In this document: positions 29,956 to 42,591 of the stretch, piece after piece
Numbering within the stretch: the first letter of the stretch is position 1
Layout: each line of letters begins with the position of its first letter
Assembly (NCBI RefSeq): GCF_006345805.1
Contig: NC_043013.1
Location: 53,010,001 to 53,074,000 of the forward strand
Direction: 5' to 3'
DNA: 64,000 bases
Source: Octopus sinensis
Lineage: Eukaryota
The notes under the pieces: generated by a model
The model's input: only the letters and a program-made list of their open reading frames with translations
Told to the model about the DNA's origin: nothing
Databases searched by the model: none
Translations under genes and position numbers: made by a program

Positions 29956-31338
29956 TCTATGTTTGACTTTTGCTTTATGTCTGTACAAGTTGGCTCCAAG
30001 TCTCACCAGAGACCTCAAGAGACAACAGGTTGGAAGTTCTGTGCCATATATTTGTTTTTTTTTGTTGGTGTTGTACTAGTGAATGTCTAATACATAAAAA
30101 ATAAAAATAAAAATAAAAAAAAAATAAATAAAAATAAAAATAAATAAATAAAAGTTTGTTTTAAACCTTGGGATTACATAGAGAGTATTTTGCGTAGGAT
30201 ATGAGCAGTTCCCATGAGCACTATCTTTTGAATTTCTGCCATATTGGGGTTTCCTGGTATCTGAGTTAGGTAGCAATCAGTCCCTTTCGCTATCATTCCC
30301 AGGGCACCTATGACAACAGGTATTGTTTTAGTCTTCAGCTTCCACATTTTGCTGATTTCTATTTCAAGATCTTTATATTTGCTCAGTTTTGGTAGGTCTT
30401 GACAGATACGTTTATATCGATTGGGACAGTCATATCAATGAGGAGGCATGTTCTTTGTCTGAAGTCTTTCAATATAATGTCTGGCCTATTTGCATCTATC
30501 GTCCTGTCAGTTTGAATGGTGAAGTTCCAGAGGAGTGAGATGTGGTCATTTTCAAGCACAGGAGGTGGATTGTGTTCCCACCAGTTTTTTTCATGGGGCA
30601 AATCCAGGTTTTTGCAAATTACCCAGTGAATATATTGTGCAGCTCTATCATGCCTGTTGAGGTACTCTGTAGGCGGTAGAAGACTGCATTTGGAGACAAC
30701 ATGGTCAATGGTTTCATTTTCTTGTCGGCATACACGACATGGTGGGCTACTGCCGTTCTTTAATATGTTGGCCTGGTAGTTTCTTGTTGGTAGGCATTGA
30801 TCTTGAGCTGCTATGATAAACCCCTCTGTTTCAGATTTTAAGCCAGAGGCCATTAGCCATTGATGGGTCAGGGCTTTCTCGATATCTGCATTGTTCGCTC
30901 TCTTTGGGTAATTGCCATAGAGAAGTTTTTCTTGCCATTTATTATTCAGAATATCTAAGGCCGCATTTTTGGCACGGGTTTTCATGCGCCTAGCTTTTTC
31001 AGTGCTTGTTTCTTGTATATCTATCTCTAATTCCGAAATTGGTTGTATTCGGAATTCACTTAGATATTCCTTTGCCTGTTTTTTGACTGAGTATGATGCT
31101 TTCTTGTTTTCATGTTTTGAGACAAGTTTTAACATCCAGTCCTCAGAGTTTTTCAGGTAGGTGTCTAGGCCAATTGTAGCAATCTTCATTGTTATTGCCA
31201 GTTGCAAAACACCACGGCCTCCCTCTTTTCTTGGCAGATAGAGTCGTTCTGTATCTGCCCTGGGGTGGTGCATTCTATGCATTGTCAACAGTTTCCTTAT
31301 TTTTCTGTCGAACTGACATATTTCAGTAATTGACCAGT
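29956..31338 (-). mobile_element. 5'-truncated R4/Dong-like family B, copy 2 (tandem duplicate, 1563-bp period)
   Basis: Nearly identical to copy 1, with the same truncation point and frameshift. Differences seen: A>P codon (LLAPTE vs LLPPTE), one silent change, a 1-bp indel and a 6-bp A-rich indel in the UTR. Confidence 0.9.
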
Positions 31339-31439
31339 AATAATAATAATAATTATTATTATTATTACTATTATTATTATTACTTTTATTATTATTATTA
31401 TCATTATTATTATTACTATTATTATTATTATTATTATTA

Positions 31440-31481
<42 letters not shown>

Positions 31482-31488
31482 CATTATT

Positions 31489-33024
31489 CAGTAGTTTTAT
31501 TTTTATAGCGTGCTTTCACTTCACTACCGAGCGCAGCTCTGTGTGCCTTGGGTATGTGCTGGGATTTGTTGTGATGCTCTGATGGTTATTGTATGGAAAG
31601 TGTTCTGCGTAGGATGTGTGCAGTGCCTAGTAGTGCAATTTTCTGTATGTTATATGTGTTTGTAAGTCCTGGTGTTTTTGTTATGTATTTGTCTGAATAT
31701 TTTTTTATCATGCCTAATGCACCTACTATGATAGGAATTGTTTCTGTTTTCAGGTTCCACATTCTAGTTACCTCTATTTCCAGGTCTTTGTATTTTGAGA
31801 GTTTCTCCATTTCTTTTAGAGACACGTTGTCATCTGCCGGTATTGATACATCAATTAGAAAGCATTTTTTTCTCCATGATCTCTGACAACTGTATCTGGT
31901 CTGTTGGCCTTAGTTTCTCTATCTGTGTGTATCGGCATATCTCAGAGTATGGTTGCTTTCTCGTTTTCTGTGACCTTTTCTGGTGTGTGCCTATACCATC
32001 TTTTTTCTGTTGTTATTCCATAATGTTGGCTTAGCTTCCAGTGTATGTAGGTTCCAACTCTGTCATGTCTGTGAATATATTCCTTCTTAGCCAGGACTGG
32101 GCAGCCAGAGATACTATGATTTATTGTTTCTTGTCCATCTCCACATATTCTGCAGTTACTTGCTATATTTCTTTTCATTACATGTTTTTGGTAATTTCTG
32201 GTGGGGAGGCTTTGGTCTTGTGCTGCAATTAAAAATCCCTCTGTTTCTGCTTTGAGTCCTGAGCTTCTCAACCATTGCTGGGATTTTTCTTTGTCTATTT
32301 CTTTTGCATTTAGTTTAGTCCAGTATTTACCATGAAGGGGTTTTTCTTGCCATCGTTTTATCATGGTTCTTTGCTGTTCTACTTTTAGTTTGGATTTCAT
32401 TTGTTTTATAGCTTTCGTTGTTTCTTCTTCTTCTTCTTCTTTTTCTTCTTTATATTTGTTAGGTGGTATGATTTCTTGTTTGTATTTGCCAGCTTCCTTA
32501 AATACTGAGAACAGTTTTTTGTTTTGCTCGTGTTTTGCCGCTATCTGGATCAGTTTTCCTTCCTTCTGAAGTAGATATTATTGCAGTCCTATGGTGGTTA
32601 TTTTATAGTAGTTATTTAGCTGTATAAGGCCTCTACCACTTTCTATGCGTTGTATATATAGTCTTTCTATGTCAGATTTTGGGTGATGCATCCTAGATCC
32701 TGTCATTATTTTTCTTGTTTTCCAATCTATTTTGGTCAGTTCGCTTAGTGTCCAGTTAAGGATATTGTAGCTGTAACTTATAACTGGGACAGCTAATGTG
32801 TTAATACCTATTATCTTGTTTTTAGCATTGAGCTCTGTTTTTAGTATTGATCTAACTCGTCTATAATACTCTTTTATTATTTTCTCTTTCATTTGTATGT
32901 GTTGTGTCTTATCTAGTTCATGGATTCCTAAGTATTTGTAAGTTTTGGCTTTGGTCTAATTCTTTTATTTTATTGGTTTTATGTAGTGTAATGTTGCTAC
33001 TCTTAACTAGTTTTCCTCTTTTCC

Positions 33025-33025
<1 letters not shown>
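31489..33025 (-). mobile_element. 5'-truncated R4/Dong-like non-LTR retrotransposon family C (decayed)
   Basis: From the RT domain-7 YKYLG region through KEYYRRVR..LKTELNAKNK, MHHPKSDIERLY, GLKAETEG, CRICG...H..SGC and NRPD to RRTLSIQ* (31586). At least two premature stops and two frameshifts; flanked by (ATT)n. Confidence 0.9.
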
Positions 33026-33121
<96 letters not shown>

Positions 33122-33147
33122 CATTATTATTATCATCATTATTATTT

Positions 33148-33282
33148 ATTCCGCCTAGGTCAACTTTGCCTTTCATCATTTCAGGATCAAATAGATTAAG
33201 TACCAATAAAACACTGGGGTGGATGTAAACGACTAGTCCCCTTCCCTAAAATTTCAGGCCTTGTGCCTATATTAAAAAGGAG
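33148..33282 (+). mobile_element. SINE family A 3' half
   Basis: ttccgcctaggtcaactttgcctttcatc...ggccttgtgcc. Confidence 0.75.
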
Positions 33283-34009
33283 TATTGTTGTTGTTGTTGT
33301 TGTTGTCATGGCTGATGTTACTGTTGTCCCCTGCCTTAGCAAGTTTTCGTTTTACGTGTCTCGTTGATTTCTTTCTATTATTGTCGCATTACTAATTATT
33401 TCTCCTCTAATAATTTCGCAAGCGAATTATTTCTACAGCCTGTGGAAGACTTTAAGAAATGTTTCATTGAAACAAATTTATTTTTCTGTTTCCCGTTCGA
33501 AAACAAATTCTAAACTTCACCTCTGCAACAACAATAACAAAAACAACAACACCAACAACAACAACGACATCAACAACAACAGCAACAACAACAATACAGC
33601 CAAAAAGTACAACTGAGTAGAACAAGTTTGAGAAACCGAAGAAAGAAAATGAAGAGAATTCGATGTAAAAACACGTACAATTCAATAAGAGAAAGTATTT
33701 TCTGGCCATTATTGATGTATTCAGAGAAAGTAGGTGACACCTTTAGTAATAGAAACGTCGACAATGGCAACGACACCGATGCTGATGGCGACATTTAGAC
33801 ACGCATACCACGTATATTTGTAAACAAATATATTTTTGAGAGCGGCAATTTTGCTTCTGTTGCCAAAGCAACGCATAAACTAGCTACGACAAAACACATG
33901 CAGACGACTGTAATTTTGCAGAGTTATGTGAAGCGTGACTAAGAATGTTTTACCTTAAAAATACATGCATGCAATGACTAACCGATAAGTCATGTATTTT
34001 AATTTTATA

Positions 34010-34207
34010 GGCGCAAGCGTGGCTGTGTGGTAAGAAGTTTGCTTCCCAAACGCACGCTTCCAGGTTCGCAGGTTCAAATTGCGTGGCACCTTGGAAAAGT
34101 GGGTTCTACTGAAGCATCGGGCCGGCCAAGTACTTGTGAGTGGATTTGGGCGACGGAAACTGAAAGAAACCCGTCTTGTATACACACACACACACACACA
34201 CATATAT

Positions 34208-34292
<85 letters not shown>

Positions 34293-34350
34293 TCTTTTAC
34301 TCTTTTATTACTCTTTTACTTGTTTCAATCATTTGACTGCGGCCTTGTAG
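34010..34350. mobile_element. SINE family B 5' half (+) joined via (AT)n to a family B tail (-)
   Basis: Head at 34010-34180; ctcttttacttgtttcaatcatttgactgcggcc at 34310-34345. Confidence 0.75.
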
Positions 34351-34709
34351 CAACGCCTTTATTCTAACAAGTCGACCCCAGGACGAAAAAGATGCGACAA
34401 GATGGCCTCTTAATATGTGGAGCGTCCCAGGGAAATAAAGGCGTTTATGTTTCGTTACCAACAAATGTATACAAAACGTCACTGAGACATATGCCCTTTT
34501 CTTGCTCACCCGACACATCTTTAATATTTGAGGAGCTCTTTAGAATGAAATATCGGTATAACAGTGAAGCGGGAAGAAGGTGAAAGTCACGTGCACACAA
34601 TTTGATGCGGCAATTAATTAATTAATTTAATTAATTGGTGTAATCTTTTTATTTTTTGTCTCTCGGTAATTTTCCTTTTCACGTATATGTATATTCTATA
34701 TTGTGGAGG

Positions 34710-35845
34710 CGCAATCCCTGACTTGTTCTCCCTATAGAATGGGTATGAGCTGAGAGTGATTATGGAGGGCACACGTCCGAGATGCCATATCTATGGCAAG
34801 ACAGATCTTCTAAAGGCGTTCTGCCCACAAAACGAAAACCAAGAAAGGAGAATCCCATCGCTGGGGTCACAGCCATTTCCACAACAACATCATCTGCAGG
34901 GGTACAAAAGAGTGGGGCAACAACAGCATGTCATGGCAAAACCACAGAGGCGGCTCCATCTGAGAGGGAAGGAACTGCAATAAGGGGGAAACGTGCAGTA
35001 TCAGAAACAGAAGCAGCAGCAGTAGTGGTATTAACAGCAATCCCAACAGTCCCACCAGCAGCGTTACCACAAAAATTGACAAGAACGTCAATACCTAGGG
35101 ATTCCATCAACCCAGATCTCCTTCACCTATTCTCTCAAACGTACACTCACACATAGACACCCACACAAACACAAGCACACGCCCATCCCTATCGAAAAGG
35201 ACGACATACACACGGGTTCTGATTCCTACACATCTCTAAGTGAAGATGAGGAGGAACTACAAAAGCCTAAAAAATTATAAAGAAAGTGCAAGAGGAAAAC
35301 ATCCGGCCTGACACCAACTCACACGTTGGACAACACAGGAAATGCGCACACAACAAACACATCACACAGACAACAACCCCACCAACTCCACAACCGTCAA
35401 CACAACAAACGCTGCCACCACTAGCACAACCAAACTTCGCCCGAAAGAAAAAACTTCTGAAGAGCTAATGAATTCACAGACTCCAAATTTTGGGCTGGTG
35501 AGGAAAGTAAACAAAGATTCAATGGCCCTCCATAGCTCGACCTAAAGATATTGAGCAATACACTGCACCAGCGATGCTAAAGTGCCAGAGGAGCTGTTGT
35601 TAGAGCGTATGCCGCAAGCAACTTACGAAAAAAATCGGGAGGTCTTCCCCTAGGATGTGGGAACCCCTTATACAATACCCTCCAAAAGACTTTTAAAGTG
35701 GTTTCCAGAGGAACCTCAACCAAGTCTGGAGACCAGGCAATCGGCCACCAATAGCACCGGCAGGGGGCGTAACCTGCAACTTTTCTTTCTCGCAACTTGA
35801 GGCTGTGTAAAGGTCGTGGGCAGTGTAAATGATGTTGTCTCTTCT
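34710..35845 (+). mobile_element. Degraded gag/ORF1-like retroelement remnant
   Basis: EGTRPRCHIYGKTDLLKAFCP resembles a decayed CX2CX4HX4C knuckle, followed by Thr/Pro/Ala-rich low-complexity frames and a terminal (CTT)n tract. Confidence 0.5.
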
Positions 35846-35994
35846 TCTTTTCCTTTTCCTTCTTCTTCTCCTCCTCCTCCTCATTCTTCTTCTCCTCCGT
35901 CTCCTCCTCCTTCTTCTTCTCCTTCTTCTTCTTCTTCTTCTCTTCTTCTTCTTCTTCTTCTTCTTCTTCTTCTCCTCCTTCTTCTTCTTCTTGT

Positions 35995-36214
35995 GGCAGT
36001 GAGGGGACAGAATCGTTAGCACGCCGGGTGAAATGCTTAGTGGTATTTTGCCCTTCGCCATGTTCTGAGTTCATATTCCGCCGATGTCGACTTTGCCTTT
36101 CATCCTTTCAGAGGTCGATTAATTAAGTACCAGTTGCGTACTGGGACGATCTAATCGACTGGCCTCCTCAAACATTTCGGGCCTTGTGCCTAGCGTAGAA
36201 AGATCACTATCATA

Positions 36215-36247
<33 letters not shown>
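35995..36247 (+). mobile_element. SINE family A with (ATT)n tail
   Basis: Head cagaatcgttagcacgccgg, B-box and core; the tail hosts the 554-bp element. Confidence 0.85.
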
Positions 36248-36800
36248 GAGTGAGAGAGCAGTTCATGCCATTAAAGTGACACTGGGGTAAAATATACGAA
36301 GCCCAATATACCCATCATGACTACCCGTCTGATAAAGGTACACCAGGCACATGCATCACAACCATATGTGCGCGACATGGTGATCTTATATCAAGATAAA
36401 CAGCACATGACCTTGCAGGTGGGGCCCAGTTAGAATTTTCTTCAGGTTGAGTAGCCCATCCCGCTCAAACGGTCCCTGAATAAGGGTTGTTTAAGGATGT
36501 TGAAAGAACCACCCATGTTTCCAGAGGTGAACTATTCAAACCCCAAAGAATCCCTCTCAACACATGGCTATGATGCTCCCCCACTACTTCTGCTCGTGAT
36601 CAGAGATGCACATATCGTCAGCCACTAAGGGACATGCTCAACTGGTTAAGGTCAAACAACTGACAAGCAAATCTGTGGTATTGAGCAGAATATTTGCTGT
36701 AGCCCATCTTTTATACCAAGACAAAACAATGTACATGATAACACTTCCAATCAGTTAAGATCAGAAGCCATGAGAGCCACTGCCTGGTACTGCATCAGGG

Positions 36801-36801
<1 letters not shown>
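36248..36801 (-). mobile_element. 554-bp non-coding element inserted in (AAT)n, copy 2
   Basis: Reverse complement of 15474-16027 with about 9 substitutions counted by eye and the same boundaries. Confidence 0.85.
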
Positions 36802-36869
<68 letters not shown>

Positions 36870-36879
36870 TATTATTATT

Positions 36880-37010
36880 ATATGTTTGACTTTTGTTTAT
36901 GTCTGTACAAGTTGGCTCCAAGTCTCACCCAAGAGACAACAGGTTGGAAGTTCACGTTGTTGTTATGCCTAGTGTGCCATATATTTGGGTTTTTTTGGTG
37001 TTTTTTTATT
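36880..37010 (-). mobile_element. 3' UTR-only fragment related to Dong-like family B
   Basis: atgtttgacttttgtttatgtctgtacaagttggctccaagtctcacc...gagacaacaggttggaagtt matches 28400-28490 and lies between (ATT)n tracts. Confidence 0.75.
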
Positions 37011-37011
37011 A

Positions 37012-37045
<34 letters not shown>

Positions 37046-37984
37046 CATTATCATTAGGGAACACATCATCGTTATCACTATCGACATCGTCCTCCTCCTC
37101 CTCCTCATCATCATCATCATCATCATTATCAGCAACAACATCGCCATCATCATCAGCATCATCATCATAACTTTCTATTACAATAATAGAATTGGCAATC
37201 GATATTGATGAATTATTTATTTGTGAAAAGAAAAAGAAACAATTCTGAGAAAGAACAAAACATCGAATCAGAGTGTTTTGGAAATTGTCTCTCTTACGTC
37301 TTTGAGAAATCTCGTGATTTGTATGAAGGGAGGAGGAGGTAAGGAGATGGATCTTGAATTATCGGAGGAGAATCTTTTTGGTTTTTTTTTACTTTATTTC
37401 TGGTTTGAGGTTAGTTTTTCATTGTATCCATTCAAACTGGCGGCGATACATAACCGAATATACATACATTCAAGCTTATATGTATATATATATATATATG
37501 GGTGTGTGTGTAGGTATGCATAATTACAAATATATATATATATATATATATATACTTATACTTAGATGGATATGTGTAGATGTACATACGTATGGGCGTG
37601 TGTTTGTGTTTCATTGTGTGTGTATGTCGTATGTCTGTGTGTGAATATACAGAGAGACAGAGACAGACAGACAGACAAAGATGGACGATGTTAAAAAAGT
37701 GTGCAAATAAGAGCTGTAATTCCTTACCGTCATTGGCCTTCAACTCTCCCCGCTTTCCGTCTTGTCCATCGATTGGCACTCATCTTACCCAGCACTATCA
37801 CGTCTCGGAATATCAATATTTGTCTCTGAGTCTGATTTTTGTATGCGTCGTTGATGGTGAATGTATGTGTGTAATTGTTCCGTATTAATTTATGGTCATT
37901 CTTTAGTATTGATGTGTGTAAGGCTGTGTAATCGAAAGATACGAGTAATTTTTTTTTATCTAGTTACCCAAATAAAAAAAAAAC

Positions 37985-38200
37985 ATAATGCGGAGAAAAT
38001 CCCGGAGAAGGACATCATGCTCGGAATGGTCAGTGGCAAGAGAGGAAGAGGCCGACCAGGAACCCGCTGGCTTGACACCATCATGAGTGATACCGGAATG
38101 GACATAGCTAATCTGAAAGAAGCTGCCCCGGATAGAACTGAATGGAGGATACTGATCCAACGAGTAACCGAGAGTCGACTTCGACTGAGCGGATATATAG
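37985..38200 (+). mobile_element. RTE/BovB-like LINE extreme 3' fragment
   Basis: EKDIMLGMVSGKRGRGRPGTRWLDTI...DRTEWR..I.RVTESRLRL; possible 9-bp TSD tagttaccc at 37961 and 38202. Confidence 0.8.
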
Positions 38201-39021
38201 ATAGTTACCCTAGTTTCAGGTGAATGCACCAGAGCAGGCAACCGAGCTAAAGGTAAAGTTCAGTCTTATAGAATTTTCTCAGTGCCGGATCATATTCATA
38301 GCGCTTCTCGCAACCAAATTTCTAAACTTTACAGATGATTCGAAATGAGCCAAAGAAATTCAGTTAACAATTTGTTTCCCCACCTTTGTAATTTAACACA
38401 GACAATAACGTTTTCTAACGCAACCAAATTAATTGACACGCGTATAACATACGGATCCCTTCTATGTCCTAAACTATTAGCAATCTTTGACTTCTGAAAG
38501 GAGAATTCATAACAAGCATGCTGGGCTGCAGATAATTGTAATCCCTAATTCTTGTTCTTTATCATCAATAGGATTATCAGCGAGCAGTTTGAGAGTACGA
38601 TGCTACCAACTTATCTATTTATTTCGACACAATATTACAAAATCGAACATTTTACAAAAAGCATACAACTGGCAGCTAATACACACTTTAATATTTCATG
38701 AAAAATCGTATAAAGGCCCAAACTTTAAACCCTCTATAAGAGATTGAATCAGTTATGAGTATTAGAGAAAGAGGAAACCCTATCTGCTGAAGCCGTCTCA
38801 TTTAATTCTTCAATGCATCCGTTTCTGCAAGAAACATACGTAAGATCTCATCGCGGTTTCATAGCTTCTGTGGCGTGTAGAAAACATCACGACTAAAAAA
38901 AACTCAGACGTTTTGCTTGCGTAAATGATTGTATTTGTTTACACATGTATAAGAATGTCATTCACTTTCATTTACATGTTGATATATAAGCGTGTCTAAA
39001 TGTATAGGCATGCATATGCAC

Positions 39022-39058
<37 letters not shown>

Positions 39059-39179
39059 TGAATATAAGTGCATGTGTGTATATATCTATGTTTTTCTTCA
39101 TTGTAGTCGTTTATAGCTTTATAGCTTTCAAGTTAAATCTATCAATCACATTTGTCATAAGTAGCTTGTTGTTATCGAT

Positions 39180-39365
39180 TTTGGCACAAAGCCTGAAACT
39201 TTGGTGGGAGGTGGGGCAAATCGATTCCATAGACTTCAATGTTCAACTAGTACTTATTTTATCGACCCACAAAGTAATCAAAGGTAAAGCCGACCTCGGT
39301 GGGATTTGAATTCAGAACTTAAAGACAAACGAAAAACCGCTGAGCATTTTGCCCATAATGCTGTT
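39180..39365 (-). mobile_element. SINE family A
   Basis: Reverse-complement core and B-box. Confidence 0.7.
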
Positions 39366-39751
39366 CCCGCCTACTCTCCCCCCTTATATTCGCTTATTGT
39401 GGTTGAACACATTTTAAATTTCAGTTCATGTATTGTTTACTGATAGCGTTATCTTATATTTTTTTGCAATGTACTTTTGTCCTCGTCTTTCTTTCCACCT
39501 AATCATCTATTTATTCAATAGTTTATATACACGTGATTCACATAATACACTTTATATACACAACACGATAGGTATCGTATCTTATATATTGTTTACAGCG
39601 AATTTCGTGTATTTTGTTTTATGTCTTGGTTTGTTTGTTTTCCTGAATGCAAGTTATTCATTAAGTGGTTGTTATATCTGTAAGTTTCATTGTGTAGCGC
39701 TTCGGTTGTAAAGCAAACACAAGACATTTAACACTGATTCATTGCATCTAC

Positions 39752-40050
39752 TAGGCACATGGCCTAGTGGTTAGAGAAGCAGACTCGCGGTCGAGGGATC
39801 GCGTGTTCGAATCTCAGACCGGGCGACGTGTGTGTTTGTGAGCGAAACACCTAAGCTCCACGCGGCTCCGGCAGAAGGTAATGGCGAAACTTCTGCTGAC
39901 TCTTTCGTCAGAACTTTCTCTCACTCTTTCCTCCTGCAACTTGCAGCTCACCTGCGACGGACCGGCGTCCCGTCCAGGTGGGGAACCTATACACCAAGGA
40001 AACCGGGAAACCGGCCCTGATGAGCCAGGCATGGCTCGAGAAGGAACAGA
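39752..40050 (+). mobile_element. SINE family C (tail type 2)
   Basis: tggcctagtggttaga A-box, gttcgaatc B-box, same body, tail cctgcgacggaccggcgtcccgtccagg...ctcgagaaggaac. Confidence 0.85.
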
Positions 40051-40593
40051 CAATCTACATTCAACATATCAGCACCATTTTAGTTGTGTTAAATTCCATC
40101 AGGTTTTGGGTGGCTTAAAGCTTCTTGGGTACAAAATACGTAAACGTATTCTTCCTGTTATCCCGAAAAATCCAAGGAATTTCAGAAACAACTGTCAATG
40201 ATAAACGCACTAATTTAATGTGAACTCGTAAAACAAATATATTTGTCTTCATTTTCTGTTCTGAAAAGCTCTTAATTAATGTTTTCATTAAATGATTTTC
40301 AGGTTTCAGCGGGGTTGGGGGGTTGGGGGATTGTTATCAAATTTCATTTATGTATGTAGTATTAACGTCTTGTCAACAATCATTTGCAACACGGCACACA
40401 CGCTTACATACATACATGTATAATTACAGTGACACACAGAGACGCACGCTCGCGCACACACATACACACACACATATATGTATGTACGTATTTATGCATG
40501 TATGCCTGTCTCTCTCTCTCTTTGTATATATATATGTATGTAGGTAAATAGATAGAAAAAATATATATACATACATATACATACATACATACA

Positions 40594-40667
<74 letters not shown>

Positions 40668-41351
40668 TACATGAATACGCATAAGCACATATATTATATA
40701 CTTACGTGTTTTATATGCATGCGTCAAACACACACACACACACACACACATTCACACACACACACATACATACACACACTCATTCACATACATAATTTGA
40801 GATTCTGCTATTCCAACGGCAAATAAAATAAATTATATTTAAGTAGTATTGAACAGAGCAAATCGTGTATTCACACCGATTATCTCGTCGAAGCTAGAAA
40901 CTCTCTTAATTGCTCCCACACAAACTTTACCCCTGAGAATGTAAATCATTATTCATTAAAACGTTAGTGATTAGAAGAGGAAACACGAAAATTTCCACTT
41001 GAAATTACACCGCAAATAGCCTCTTATTGTGGGTGAAAATATACATATATGATAGCATTGAATCTTTCTCGGCATTATGACACAAGGTTTGGATAGATTA
41101 GCGATATAAAATAACCATTAGAATGATTAGGATCTCATTAAGTAACACATCATGAAACACACTAGCACTGAGAAATGTTTAATTAAAATTATAAAGCAAG
41201 AACAATTTTCCTTTCCTTTCCCCCCCCCCTTTCTTACTGAGCTTGTAATCTCATGTTGCGTGATAATAAGCTAACCGAAGTGTTAAAAGTGCGGCACCAA
41301 CGTTCGATTCTCTGTTGAAGATTGTCACTTCATATATGAGGATTTCAGATT

Positions 41352-41552
41352 TTGGCACAAGGCCAACAATTTCAGGGTGGGGGTAGGTCGATTACAACGG
41401 CGCCAGCACACAACTGGTACTTTTTTTATCGTTCCCGAAAGGATGAAAGGCAAGTTGACCTCGGCGGAATTTGAACTCCGAGCGTAAAGACGGACGAAAT
41501 GTTGCTAAGCATTTTGTCCGCCATTATAACAATTCTGCCAGCTCACCGCCTG
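41352..41552 (-). mobile_element. SINE family A
   Basis: gaaaggatgaaaggcaagttgacctcggcggaatttgaactc. Confidence 0.8.
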
Positions 41553-41892
41553 ATTCTTTCTTGTATAATAAATTCAGATTTTGATACAAAGCCAGCAGTT
41601 GTGGAGAAGGCATAAGTCAATTATATGAAGTCTTCTGTCCATTTAATATGGAGAATCGCTGAAGTTATTTGGACGGTGACTAGGATTGTTAGCTAGAATT
41701 GTGACTAGAATTGTTACAAACTTCTAAACTTGTTAAGCTGTCTCACTGAGAATTTCAGTCAGGATTTATGTGTCTTTGAAATACTCAGCCACATACAAGC
41801 CACTTCAATGAACATCGTAGTTTCTTTGATGAAACAATTGAAATCACGTGGTCGGTAATTGTAACCGACATCCATTATTAAGTTGATGAAAA

Positions 41893-42090
41893 GCGAAGAA
41901 CCGGCCAAAGTGCTTAGCGGCATTTTCCCAGCTCTTTACGCTACGAGTTCAAATACTGTCGCAGTCGACTTTGCCTTTCATCCTTTCGGGGTTTACAAAA
42001 TAAGAACCTGGTGAGAACTGGGGTCGGTGTAATCGGCTTACCCCTCCCAACTAAAAATTGCTCGCCTTGCTCCAAACTTAGGAAGAATTA
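41893..42090 (+). mobile_element. SINE family A
   Basis: gagttcaaat..gtcgactttgcctttcatcctttcgggg. Confidence 0.75.
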
Positions 42091-42591
42091 TTAAACTAAT
42101 GAGAATTAGAATATCCACGGTGTTCATAAAATACCTAGACTAGACCACCTTTTCCAACCCACCGGTTTGACAAAGATTCTTTGTGGGGCGCTGGGCCATC
42201 TTCTTGGAAAATAACTTTTGGTTGCAAATCATTTTTTCCTGAATTTTTCAAATTGTAACGTAATTTATGGAAACGGTGTCTATATCCTTGATTGAGCATC
42301 GCGTTGGATTTTTATAACGTTTGATGTAGAGTTTGGATGTAATTTATAAGGATGTAACAGCACATTGTGTCTATAGTACATTGAATGTGTATTATGTTTG
42401 TGTAGGGCCACCTTGGGTGTATATTATGGTGGCTGTAACAAGTTCAGTCTATAATACGTTGGCTATTTCACATGGGGTGTATGTCACGCTGAATGCATGT
42501 TATGTTGAATGTTTTAACATATTACGTAAGGAGATCTTCGGAGTTCACTCGAAACATTGCAGAACAGGAGTGGAATTATAAATGAAATGAG

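Noticed and set aside
39752-39830. tRNA-like sequences (also 4800-4872, 46460-46536)
   Set aside because: These are SINE heads: no proper acceptor stem or oligo-T terminator, and they continue into SINE bodies.
40014-40040. CTGATGAG-stem in the SINE-C tail
   Set aside because: Followed by GAGAAG rather than GAAA; no helix I or III.
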